From the NCBI GenBank assembly GCA_030622435.1, contig JAUXGE010000003.1:1-35324 (forward strand): a stretch of 35,324 bases of DNA. The letters are read 5' to 3'. The position numbers and the translations under genes are program-made. Shown here piece by piece: positions 18,130 to 27,011 of this stretch. The stretch comes from Planctomycetota bacterium (lineage in GTDB: Bacteria > Planctomycetota > Phycisphaerae > UBA1845). The notes beneath the pieces were generated by a model. The model was not told where the DNA came from. It made no database searches and worked only from the letters and a program-made list of their open reading frames with translations. The stretch's first letter is position 1. Each line of letters opens with the position of its first letter.

Positions 18130-20490
18130 ATGGCACGCAGTTTACAGCGAGCGGGAAAGTCACTCTGCGTTCTCGTTTTCGGGGCGATGCAGCTTGGCGC
18201 CGCGAGTACGGCATTTGCAAATGATACGCGCGGATTGTCCGCCTCGGCACAGAACAACAGGTTGTGGCAGGAGACCGTGAACCTCGTCGAGCACGGTAAG
18301 TTCCGGGATGCGGCCGACACTATCGAGAAGATCCAGGCTGGTGGGATGCTCACCGAGCAGGTGCGCGCCTGGTTGGAGGAATACGAGGCCGGCCAGGCAT
18401 CCCGAAAGGAACTGAACCGGATTGACTCCGAGAAGTACGTCGGGTACGCGAAGGCTCGGATCGAGCGCAAGGAGTATTATCAGGCACTGGCTTGGGCGTC
18501 TGCTGCGACAGATTGCACCGATGATCGAAATGCGTTTTTGGAAAGTGATTGGCTGCAGGATCTCGTTAACGACTCGCTGACGGCAGCCGAGGAATACCGC
18601 AAGGACAGCAAATGGCGTGAGGCGTGGCAGATTTACTGGCGGCTTGCCGAGCTGTTCGAGCGTGAACCGCGATACAAGAAGCTCGAGCGAGACGTGTCGA
18701 CACATCTTCGTCTCGATCGCATGTTCCGAGAGGGGAGTCACTGGGACGAGCAGATCGAGAAAGTCCGGTGGCGCGACGCGAAGGTGGCGCTCGAGCACAT
18801 CGACATGTACTACGTTCAGCCCGCCGACTTCAAAGCCGTCGCCGAGAACGGGCTGGAGCAACTCCTGCTTCTGGCCGAATCCACGACGGCCCGCAAGCAG
18901 TTCGAGGGGCTTGCCGACGAGGACGACAGAAAAGATTTCGAGCTCCGCATCCAGGAGCGGCTCGATCAGATCCGCGCGGCGCCCACTCTGGATCGCAGCA
19001 CGTGCGTCAAGCACTTCCGGCGGGTGATCAAGAGCATCAACGAGGAGACGGTCCGCCTGCCGGAGGAGTTGGTCGTGCACGAGTTGATGCGCGGCGCACT
19101 GGAGCCTCTGGATGACTTCACCGACGTCATCTGGCCTGCCGCGAGCAAGGAGTTCGACAAACATACACGCGGAGATTTCGTCGGCGTGGGGATCTCCATC
19201 ATCAAGAACCGCGCGGACGAGGTGGAGGTTGTTTCGCCGCTGGAGGACTCGTCGGCGTATCGGGCGGGCATCCAGGCCGGCGACATCATCACCGAGGTTG
19301 AAGGCCAACCACTCAAGGATCTCTCCCTCAACAAGGTCGTCAAGACCATCACCGGGCCGAAGGGGACGATGGTTACACTGACCATACGCCGTGACGACAA
19401 GGAGAGCGCGTACAGGCTCGAACGGGCCAAGGTGAAGATTCGTTCGGTCAAGGGCGTACGCCGCGACCCCGAAGACGAAGAAAGCTGGGACCATTGGCTC
19501 GATCGGGAGCGCGGGATCGGCTACGTCCGCGTCCTGAGTTTCCAGAGGAACACCGTCGAGGACCTCGATAACGTCCTGAGCAGTATGCCGGACCTGAAAG
19601 GGCTCGTGTTGGACCTTCGAGGCAATCCTGGTGGGTTGCTTGACGCCGCCTGGGAACTGTCGACCCGATTCCTCAAGCGGGGTGACATCGTCGTCAGCAC
19701 GAAGGGGCGGATTCCGTCCGAGAACCACGTGTTCGATGTCCCCGGCAACGGACCGTACTCGGACATTCCGCTTGTGGTTCTGGTCGACGAGCGAAGCGCC
19801 AGCGCATCGGAGATCGTCTCCGGCGCCTTTCGCGACAACCATCGCGGGGTCGTGATCGGCGAGCGGACGTTCGGGAAGTTCAGCGTCCAGAATCTGATCC
19901 CGCTGAGCCGATCGTCCGGGGCGAAACTCAAGATCACCACGGCCGGCTACTACCTGCCCAGCGGTGCCTCGTTCCACCGAGATCCGAAGTCCGACGAGTG
20001 GGGCGTCGCCCCGGATATCGACGTGCGCCTCGTCCGGAAGGAAGCGTGGAAGGTGTACGAGATGTGGCGGGATGCCAATCTGCTCGGTCCTCCGAAACCT
20101 GAGACCGAGGACTCCGAGGACGAGTCGGGCACGGAGGAGGACAAGATCGACAAGTCCGCCGCAGCAGAGGCCGAGACCGGAACGAACGACGAGGAACCCG
20201 GTAAGGATGCCGAAACCGCGAAGCCGGACTCGGACGCCGGCAAGGCGGAGTCCGCAGTTGCCGACGCTGGCACGGATGCACCGGGCGATCAGGACGGTGA
20301 CGGGGAGGATTCCGACGAAGAGGAAAACAAGCTTCCACCGCTCGACCAGCCTGACGAGAACGACAGGCCGAAGGGGGACCCGCAACTCGATACGGCGCTT
20401 CTGTTCATGCGGATCACGCTGGTCGGCAAGTCGTATCCCACACTCGCGACGGCCGACGTCGACAAAACCGCCGAGCAGGCGCATCCGTAA
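18130..20490 (+). CDS. S41 family C-terminal processing protease (PDZ + peptidase), exported
   Basis: Signal peptide; GVGI PDZ motif; DLRGNPGG, SASASEI and TFGK motifs; AAGGAG RBS; long acidic C-terminal linker. Confidence 0.93.
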   Translation: MARSLQRAGKSLCVLVFGAMQLGAASTAFANDTRGLSASAQNNRLWQETVNLVEHGKFRDAADTIEKIQAGGMLTEQVRAWLEEYEAGQASRKELNRIDSEKYVGYAKARIERKEYYQALAWASAATDCTDDRNAFLESDWLQDLVNDSLTAAEEYRKDSKWREAWQIYWRLAELFEREPRYKKLERDVSTHLRLDRMFREGSHWDEQIEKVRWRDAKVALEHIDMYYVQPADFKAVAENGLEQLLLLAESTTARKQFEGLADEDDRKDFELRIQERLDQIRAAPTLDRSTCVKHFRRVIKSINEETVRLPEELVVHELMRGALEPLDDFTDVIWPAASKEFDKHTRGDFVGVGISIIKNRADEVEVVSPLEDSSAYRAGIQAGDIITEVEGQPLKDLSLNKVVKTITGPKGTMVTLTIRRDDKESAYRLERAKVKIRSVKGVRRDPEDEESWDHWLDRERGIGYVRVLSFQRNTVEDLDNVLSSMPDLKGLVLDLRGNPGGLLDAAWELSTRFLKRGDIVVSTKGRIPSENHVFDVPGNGPYSDIPLVVLVDERSASASEIVSGAFRDNHRGVVIGERTFGKFSVQNLIPLSRSSGAKLKITTAGYYLPSGASFHRDPKSDEWGVAPDIDVRLVRKEAWKVYEMWRDANLLGPPKPETEDSEDESGTEEDKIDKSAAAEAETGTNDEEPGKDAETAKPDSDAGKAESAVADAGTDAPGDQDGDGEDSDEEENKLPPLDQPDENDRPKGDPQLDTALLFMRITLVGKSYPTLATADVDKTAEQAHP

Positions 20491-20641
20491 GACACGCTCC
20501 TTAGCGCACCGCCTTGCCCGCGAGAGGTGCATGCGGTACCGTGCCTCCGGATCGAGCCTACGCGAATCCCGCGGTAAGGTGTCGATCCGCGCGGGCTGAA
20601 ACCTGCGGTTCACTCCAACGTCAGCACGAAGGGACCGGGGC

Positions 20642-21103
20642 GTGGAACGTACACTGATCATACTCAAGCCCGACGCGCTTCAACGGCGGTTGATCGGGCG
20701 CATCATTCAACGGTTCGAGGAAAAAGGGTTGGCCATCGTCGGCCTGAAGCTCGTGTCGATCTCGCGTGATCTCGCCGGGCGGCACTACGCAGCGCACAAG
20801 GACAAACCCTTTTTCCCGAGGTTGATCGACTACATTACGAGCGGCCCGGTCATCGTCATGGCTCTGCAGGGCCCGCGAGCCATCGAGATGGCCAGGATGC
20901 TGATGGGCGCAACGGCCGGTTTCGAGGCCTCGCCCGGGACGATCCGTGGCGACTTCGGCGCGGACCAGACGTTTAACCTCGTGCACGGCAGCGATTCACC
21001 CGAGGCGGCCAGGAACGAAATTGCCCTGTTCTTCGCCGAAGACGAGCTACTTGATTATTCACCTGCCGGCAGTGAATGGGTGTTCGAATCGGGCAAGACG
21101 TAG
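20642..21103 (+). CDS. ndk: Nucleoside-diphosphate kinase
   Basis: ERTLIILKPD, HKDKPFF, PGTIRGDF and NLVHGSDS motifs. Confidence 0.97.
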   Translation: MERTLIILKPDALQRRLIGRIIQRFEEKGLAIVGLKLVSISRDLAGRHYAAHKDKPFFPRLIDYITSGPVIVMALQGPRAIEMARMLMGATAGFEASPGTIRGDFGADQTFNLVHGSDSPEAARNEIALFFAEDELLDYSPAGSEWVFESGKT

Positions 21104-21129
21104 CTTGGAAACCCTTGGCTGGGAGCTGA

Positions 21130-21777
21130 ATGTAGCTCAGCCGCCCCCGGCTGAGTGCTTGCAGCCACAAGCAGCGGACCGCTAATGCCGTTTCCAGAAA
21201 GGTACGGCTGTTTCTCTTCCCCCCTTGCCAAGGGGGGACTGAGGGAGGTCGGCCAACGCCAAAGAACCTCCCCCAACCCCTCCTGGGAAAAGAGGGGAGC
21301 AAGCCCCAGTAGGGGCGAAAGGCATCGGCCCACGGCGTGAGCCGTGGGAATAAGGACGTGCAATACAAAATGAGCCCCGAAGGGGCGACACGCGGATTCT
21401 CGTGGAGGTCGGATGCACGGCGTGTGTTAGCACTACAGCGCAAGGTCATGTGTAGCGCAGGCTTCCAGCCTGCACGAACTGCGATTACGATGCAGGCAGG
21501 ATGCCTGCGCTACAAGTCTGTGACGACTTTGCGCTGTACTGTTAGGATGGAGTGCCGTCCCTACGGGACTGCATATGTCGAGACCGGGTCCTGGCCCCAC
21601 GGCTCACGCCGTGGGCTACGGACTGTCGTCCCTACGGGACTGCACCACAGGGATCGACAAGAAGACTAGCGCTGCTCGCCAAGAGTTACGATACAGCCGT
21701 TTCCCGGGTTTGTCCCGAGGAATCATGGGAATTCGGTCAACGAGACCAGTATCAGAACTTCTGGCGCGTAGGACTGG
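21130..21777. repeat. Mosaic of several REP-like families and TIR-bounded miniature elements
   Basis: GTAG-REP hairpin 21131-21155; CCCCCCTT..AAGGGGGG doublet 21219-21299; inverted triple-REP arms 21302-21390 and 21553-21641; TIR elements 21428-21544 (17/20) and 21666-21777 (20/29). Confidence 0.75.
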
Positions 21778-21820
21778 AACCGGAGGACACCGCACCACGC
21801 CCATGGAGGTTTCACGGATC

Positions 21821-22171
21821 ATGAAAGTCCAATCCATCGAATCCCATGAACAGCAGGACGTGGACATGGAAGGAGCCGATCGGGTCAGGATGCGAATGCT
21901 CATCGGACCGAAGGAGAGGGCTCCGACGTTCCACATGCGCGAGTTCGAGGTAGCGCCCGGCGGTCATACGCCACACCACCAGCACGACTTCGAGCACGAG
22001 GTCCTTGTGCTAGGCGGTGACGGCGTGGTGAAGTCCGATGAGGGCGACCGCACGATCACGGGTGGCGATGTAGTTTACGTGCCGCCCGAAGAGAAGCACC
22101 AGTTTGTCAGCACCGGCCGGACCCCCTTACGCTTCATCTGCCTGATTCCCGCACCGGCCGATTGCACGTAG
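21821..22171 (+). CDS. Cupin-domain (Cupin_2) protein
   Basis: PGGHTPHHQHDFEHE and GDVVYVPPEEKHQF cupin motifs; GGAGGT upstream of ATG 21821. Confidence 0.88.
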   Translation: MKVQSIESHEQQDVDMEGADRVRMRMLIGPKERAPTFHMREFEVAPGGHTPHHQHDFEHEVLVLGGDGVVKSDEGDRTITGGDVVYVPPEEKHQFVSTGRTPLRFICLIPAPADCT

Positions 22172-22218
22172 CGGTTACTTCGGCAACCTCTCCACGAGAG
22201 CTGCCGGGGTAGCCACTG

Positions 22219-22953
22219 TTGAGTGACAACAAGATGACATCTCCCACGTCGAACGATCTTCCTTATGCCCGGCCGGTAGACCGGGCACAGGAGCCGATCG
22301 ATGAGGATCTCTACTGTCTCTCGTGCGGGTACAACGTTCGCGGCCTGACGGGTGATCCGGTTCGATGCCCCGAGTGCGGCGACTCGAATACCAGAACTGC
22401 GCTCAGAATCCCTGCGCCGTTGATCCGAGCTGTCCTGAGAAGAATGGAGACCGCACCGACTCTCTGCGTCGGCGCCGCGATCATCGGCTATCTTTTGGGC
22501 GGCATCGCCCTGCTCGCCTGGATCCTCGAGGACCGGCGCGTCTTCGGGACTCTCGCCGGTCCTTTCGTGGTCGGATGCGCCGTGGCGGTGGCGATTTGCG
22601 CCGTGGTCTGGCCTTTGGCCTGTGTCCGCATGCGGCGCTCGTTCGATGCCCAACCCGGCTGGACGCGCGTGCTTGGCGAGTTTCATCTGGCCGGGGCGCT
22701 GCTGACTCTGTACTACCCTCTGCTCCTCACGTGGGCTGCGATCCTTGAGCGGCTCAGTGGGCCGAGCGGTTCGCCGCCGCGCGGTATCGGCTGGATGGTA
22801 CTGACTATCTCGATCGTCGCGGGTGTATGGGGGTACCGTGTGTACGGCACCGCGCGACGCCGAATGGCACGTATGCGGCGTGACGCGGCCGTCAGGATCG
22901 CGGCCGACGTCCTTCGACGGGCGTCGGCCCGAACCATCTCGGCCGCGCGGTAA
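22219..22953 (+). CDS. Membrane protein with N-terminal zinc ribbon
   Basis: CLSCGYNVRGLTGDPVRCPECG followed by ~4 hydrophobic segments. Alternative ATG at 22234. Confidence 0.75.
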   Translation: MSDNKMTSPTSNDLPYARPVDRAQEPIDEDLYCLSCGYNVRGLTGDPVRCPECGDSNTRTALRIPAPLIRAVLRRMETAPTLCVGAAIIGYLLGGIALLAWILEDRRVFGTLAGPFVVGCAVAVAICAVVWPLACVRMRRSFDAQPGWTRVLGEFHLAGALLTLYYPLLLTWAAILERLSGPSGSPPRGIGWMVLTISIVAGVWGYRVYGTARRRMARMRRDAAVRIAADVLRRASARTISAAR

Positions 22954-23002
22954 CCGCGTCGGGTGTGGGGACGACCTGCGTATCCAAAGAAAGAGGATCC
23001 AT

Positions 23003-23374
23003 ATGAGTGTTGACATCGACAAACTCGACAAGATTCACATACGGGATCTCCATCTGCAATGCATCATCGGCACTTACGAGCACGAACGGCACGACAGGCA
23101 GGACGTGGTGATCAACATCACCCTCTACGCGAATCTGACCACGGCCCGGCGGACCGATCGCATCGAGGACACTGTGGACTACAAGGCCTGTAAGAAACGC
23201 GTCCGGGCCACGGTGGAAGAGTCGGCCTGTCAGCTCGTCGAGCACTTGGCCGAGCGAGTCGCCGAGGCGTGCCTGGTCGACACTCGCGTTCAACGAGTCG
23301 TGGTCACCTTGGACAAGCCCGGCGCCCTTCGTTTCGCGCGGAGCGTCGCCGTCGAGATTACGAGAGGTCGCTAG
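23003..23374 (+). CDS. folB: Dihydroneopterin aldolase
   Basis: DKIHIRDL, IIG...ER...Q, DTVDY, LVEHLAE and KPGAL motifs; AGAGG RBS. Confidence 0.93.
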   Translation: MSVDIDKLDKIHIRDLHLQCIIGTYEHERHDRQDVVINITLYANLTTARRTDRIEDTVDYKACKKRVRATVEESACQLVEHLAERVAEACLVDTRVQRVVVTLDKPGALRFARSVAVEITRGR

Positions 23375-23760
23375 TGCACTGGCAGCCGTCGACTGATGGG
23401 TGTCGAGGGTGCCACTGGCGGCTTGCCCGCCAGTGTCGCGCGGGCAGCCAAGCTGCCCGTGTCACCCAAAGAACTCATCAAACCGTTGGCGACAAAGCAC
23501 TAGAGCAAGCCCTAATTTTACTGTTGCGGACGGAACTAGGTTTCGCCCGCAACTAGACCGTATTCGGTTTTGATGTAGCGTCACCCCTTGTGGGTGACGA
23601 AGATTCGGTGCGGGCGCCGCCCGCAAGAGCCGCACAAAAGCCGCTACAAGAAAACCGAAACCGCTCTAAGCTGTCTTAGGTAAGTTTGTGGCTGGGATTG
23701 TGGGAAACAGGGTTATCTCCGGCAATCAATAAGGACAAGGACATAGGTAAGACCGCTTAG
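23371..23760. mobile_element. Chain of four abutting miniature elements between folB and folK
   Basis: A 23371-23503, B 23500-23556, C 23554-23668 (TIR 15/18), D 23667-23759 (TIR 13/16); neighbours share a TA within CTAG/CTAA junctions. Confidence 0.7.
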
Positions 23761-23803
23761 GCAGATTTCGATGTTGCACAAGACCCGAGAATGCTCAGGC
23801 GCG

Positions 23804-24319
23804 ATGGTCGACGCCTTCATTGCCGTGGGATCGAACATCGGACCACGGCGTCACATTCCCTACGCGTTGGAGAAGCTCCAAGAGCATGCGCGCGTCACAC
23901 GCGTGTCCACGTTCTATCGCACCGAGCCGCTGGGGGGCCGCGCACAGCCACCGTTTCTCAACGGCGTGTGGCGCATCGAAACGGCCATGTCACCACGCGC
24001 GCTCGAGTTCGACGTTCTCCGCACGATCGAGCGTGAGCTGGGCCGGGTCCGAACGGACGACAAATACGCGGCCAGGGCCATCGACCTCGATCTGATCCTC
24101 TATGGGGACAGCGTCGTGAATGAACCCGACTTGATCCTGCCCGATCCCGACATCCGCGTACGCTCCTTCATCGCGGTTCCTCTCCTTGAACTCGCACCCG
24201 ATCTGGTCATCCCGGGCACCGGCGAGGGGTTTGCTTCCATCGTCGCCTCTTTGTCCACCCAAGGCCTGGAACCGGACCGCGACTTCACGCGCGATCTTCA
24301 GACCCGGGTGAGTTCGTAG
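23804..24319 (+). CDS. folK: 2-amino-4-hydroxy-6-hydroxymethyldihydropteridine diphosphokinase
   Basis: IAVGSNIG, QPPFLNGV, IERELGR and ARAIDLDLILY motifs. Confidence 0.93.
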   Translation: MVDAFIAVGSNIGPRRHIPYALEKLQEHARVTRVSTFYRTEPLGGRAQPPFLNGVWRIETAMSPRALEFDVLRTIERELGRVRTDDKYAARAIDLDLILYGDSVVNEPDLILPDPDIRVRSFIAVPLLELAPDLVIPGTGEGFASIVASLSTQGLEPDRDFTRDLQTRVSS

Positions 24320-24465
24320 GTCGGAATGATGGGCGCGGAGCACGCCGAGTGTGCGCAGTATCTTCTTCAGCGCATACATGACTACTCTCCTTGTTTGAGA
24401 TGTAAACTCCGACCTCACCTATCGAAACGGCGAGCGTCGGACCCCCGCGCCCCCGACCAGCCGCT

Positions 24466-25086
24466 TCAAACTGCGACCCTGCGTCGTCCACGAAGGAGCG
24501 CAAACAGACCGAGCCCCACAAGAAGAACTGTCCCCGGTTCGGGGATGGGCGTGAAGAAGAAAGACTGAATATCCGCAAGGCTCCTTCCGCGGTAAATCCA
24601 CACCTCGCTGATCGGTGTGTCTGAGAGCACGCCAAGAAACAACGGGTATTGGGGACCCACAAGGAACTCGATTCCCATTGGAGTACCGTCAACCCCGTAG
24701 GCAGACATGTAGCTGTCACCCGCAAAGAAGATTCCAGCTGCGGAGGCAGGCGTGACAAGCTCCGCGATAATCCCGTTTCGCAAGTCGACAGGGTAGCAAT
24801 CGGCCGTCAACCCGAACCCGGAGAGAGGGTTCCCGGTGATAAAGAGCTCGGGTTGCCAGGATGAAAATGTCACCCCCTGGGTCGTGTAGTTGAACTCCGG
24901 CGTGATATGCTCTCCACCGGAGGGCCGGGTGCCGTCGGGCAGGGTTTCGAAGTCGATCTCGTGAACCTCGCCAGCGGCCGCGAGGAACCCGTCGTAGTCG
25001 TTGATGAACCAAACCGGGCCGGCCTGGGCCGGTGCTGCCGCCGCCAGAATCACGGTGGTGCTGAAAATGATGCCGATCGCGCGCAC
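24466..25086 (-). CDS. PEP-CTERM sorting-domain surface protein (paralog 1)
   Basis: Signal peptide; C-terminal IPEPGT + TM + RGRRR; GTG start with AAGGAG RBS. Confidence 0.9.
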   Translation of the reverse strand: MRAIGIIFSTTVILAAAAPAQAGPVWFINDYDGFLAAAGEVHEIDFETLPDGTRPSGGEHITPEFNYTTQGVTFSSWQPELFITGNPLSGFGLTADCYPVDLRNGIIAELVTPASAAGIFFAGDSYMSAYGVDGTPMGIEFLVGPQYPLFLGVLSDTPISEVWIYRGRSLADIQSFFFTPIPEPGTVLLVGLGLFALLRGRRRVAV

Positions 25087-25234
25087 GGGATTTGCTCCTT
25101 ACGTGTGCGGGAGCGAAGAAACGCTCTACCGATAATTCTACCCGCGCACCATGCGGGAGGTCAACAATGAAGTCAGATTCTTCTCCGATGAAATCGCATC
25201 TAACGAAGCGGCGAGCGTCGAGCCCACGCGCCAC
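25036..25234. repeat. 199-bp direct repeat, copy 1 (promoter + RBS + signal-peptide codons)
   Basis: Aligns to 25827-26025 (offset 791) with 5 mismatches by eye. Confidence 0.93.
25135..25164 (-). promoter_or_regulatory. sigma70-type promoter of PEP-CTERM paralog 1
   Basis: Minus strand TTGACC-N18-TAGAAT; spacer contains the inverted pair CCCGC/GCGGG. Confidence 0.65.
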
Positions 25235-25259
25235 AACCGCCGCCCGCCGACCAACCTCT

Positions 25260-25877
25260 TCAAACGGCAACCTGATGACGCGCCCGAAGGAGCGCCATCG
25301 CACCAAAGCCCACAAGCAAGATGGTCCCTGGCTCGGGAATTGGTGCGAACACAAAGTCGTTGCAGACGGCAAAGGTTGTGCCGCGGTCCAACGTGACCGA
25401 CGCGATCGGTACTTCGGACACAACGCCAAGGAATAGCACCCCTTGGCCCCCATAGTCCTCGCTTCCGAGCAACGTTCCCGCGGAGTCGTAGATGGACACC
25501 ATCGTATAGGCGGGGTAAAACGTCCCGACGGCGAACGCTGGGACGGTCAGCTCGCCGACAATCCAGTTTCGCACCGACAAGGGATAGGCGTCTGCCCCCA
25601 GCGCGTACCCTGACACATCGTTACCCTCGAGGAACAAGTGCGGGACTGGGGTGGAGAAGGTCACACCCTCGTCGGTGTAGTTGAAATCCGGCGTGATCTC
25701 CGCGCGGGGGAAACTCGACGTCCCGTCGGGCAGTGTGTCAAAGTCGATCGTCTGAACGACCCGCGCGGCTGCCACAAAACCTTCGTAGTCGTCATAGAAC
25801 CAAATCGGCCCGCCCTTGGTCGGCAGTGCCGCCGCCAGAATCGCCGTGGTGCTGAAAATGATGCCGATCGCGCGCAT
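25260..25877 (-). CDS. PEP-CTERM sorting-domain surface protein (paralog 2)
   Basis: Signal peptide; IDFDTLPDGT and ITPDFNYTxxGVTFS motifs shared with paralog 1; IPEPGT + TM + basic tail. Confidence 0.9.
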   Translation of the reverse strand: MRAIGIIFSTTAILAAALPTKGGPIWFYDDYEGFVAAARVVQTIDFDTLPDGTSSFPRAEITPDFNYTDEGVTFSTPVPHLFLEGNDVSGYALGADAYPLSVRNWIVGELTVPAFAVGTFYPAYTMVSIYDSAGTLLGSEDYGGQGVLFLGVVSEVPIASVTLDRGTTFAVCNDFVFAPIPEPGTILLVGFGAMALLRARHQVAV

Positions 25878-26025
25878 GGGATTTGCTCCTTACGTGTGCG
25901 GGAGCGAAGAAACGCTCTACCGATAATTCTACCCCCGCACCATGCGGGAGGTCAACAATGAAGTCAGATTCTTCTCCGATGAAATCGCATCTAACGAAGC
26001 GGCGAGCGTCGGGCCCACGCGCCAC
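25827..26025. repeat. 199-bp direct repeat, copy 2
   Basis: Near-identical to 25036-25234; includes a minus-strand TTGACC-N18-TAGAAT promoter at 25926-25955. Confidence 0.93.
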
Positions 26026-26195
26026 CGTGTCAGCTACCTGCCCGGACCACACTCACCTGTGCCGCACTCAATCATACGTCGAGATCCGGCCCGCAACCCG
26101 ATCGTGGATGGGTCGCACGGAAAGCCCAGCATACGCCAGCGCCCGCACCCCAAGGTGCGGCCTGCCGGGCGTTGTAACCGGAATGTCACGGGCAT

Positions 26196-26223
26196 TTGAC
26201 AATGAGCCAGGATGTTGTATACT
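26196..26223 (+). promoter_or_regulatory. sigma70-type promoter for the small-peptide transcript
   Basis: TTGACA (26196-26201)-N16-TATACT (26218-26223). Confidence 0.7.
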
Positions 26224-26290
26224 TTGTTTGTACGGTTCAAACCTCCAGAACCGGCTGATACGACTGTTCTTTGCTGAAAGGATTCGGATT

Positions 26291-26344
26291 ATGTTTTTCT
26301 TGATCGAGCTCGCCAATAGGTTCCTTGTTGCTCTATTCAACTAA
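26291..26344 (+). CDS. Unannotated 17-aa hydrophobic, Phe-rich peptide MFFLIELANRFLVALFN
   Basis: AAAGGA SD 8 nt upstream of the ATG; lies between a near-consensus promoter and a strong terminator. Confidence 0.6.
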   Translation: MFFLIELANRFLVALFN

Positions 26345-26369
26345 GTCCTGAGAACGGGGCAATGCTTCT

Positions 26370-26406
26370 GCCGAGCCGGGCTGATCGCCCGGCTCGGCCT
26401 TTTTTT
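26370..26406 (+). terminator. Intrinsic terminator
   Basis: Perfect 12-bp stem GCCGAGCCGGGC/GCCCGGCTCGGC, 5-nt loop, then C + T7. Confidence 0.9.
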
Positions 26407-26832
26407 CGCTTCATGCCCAACCCGACAGGGCCTATGTGCCTTTGACATCCTTGGTAAGCTAGTTCCCCTTCCCGTCAAGAAACCAACGCGACTTAAGCCT
26501 GATCCCCGTCCACAGCCCTCTTCGAAAGCGGTGCCCGTCCGATAATAACCGGAGGTTCAGCCTCGACTTTCTTTTCGTGCAAGAAAGGCTCGTGGTCCCG
26601 AGCGATCTGGCAGAGCTGCAAAGTAGAAGACGGCACCCGGCCGTGTAGGCCGACTTCCCTGTGCAACACTCAACCATACTCGAGCTTTGGCCCTCGATGC
26701 CGATAGCGGCGGCATCGCACGAAACGCCCAGCGTACGCCAACGCGTGCGGCCACGCCCCAGCGCGCGGGCCGGGTATTCCAACCGCGATGTCGCCCCCTC
26801 GATAACCAGCGTGACGCAGTTCGCGCGGCCGT

Positions 26833-26861
26833 TTGACACTTGTGCGATAGCTGACTAGACT
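26833..26861 (+). promoter_or_regulatory. sigma70-type promoter upstream of DAHP synthase
   Basis: TTGACA (26833-26838)-N17-TAGACT (26856-26861). Confidence 0.7.
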
Positions 26862-26907
26862 GTCCGATTCGCCATGCGCGTCCGTAACTCTTTGCAGGGC
26901 GGACACT

Positions 26908-27011
26908 TAGCAGGCTGTTGAAAAAAGTGTGGCGTGGGCTTCCAGCCCGCGTTTTCACCGGTCGGAAGCCGGTGCCACACAGCAGAGATGCCTTTTTTCA
27001 ACAGGCTGTCA
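26908..27011. mobile_element. MITE-like element with IS-type TIRs and internal REP-like doublet
   Basis: TAGCAGGCTGTTGAAAAAA / TTTTTTCAACAGGCTGTCA (16/19 inverted match); second copy at 5915-6011. Confidence 0.75.

Noticed and set aside
18160-20667. 835-aa antisense ORF, and similar long shadow ORFs (2132-3178, 7164-8621, 7810-9468, 33938-35122, 34300-35223)
   Set aside because: They lie opposite well-supported genes, have no recognisable motifs, and are expected from GC-rich codon bias.
25198-25260. Integron attC-like site (GTTAGAT core downstream of a PEP-CTERM gene)
   Set aside because: No matching RYYYAAC inverse core near the stop codon, no attC-type fold, no integrase in the window, and the third motif copy lacks the core.
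26459-26839. 126-aa minus-strand ORF in the spacer before aroF
   Set aside because: TTG-type start overlapping the aroF promoter, no RBS and no recognisable motif.
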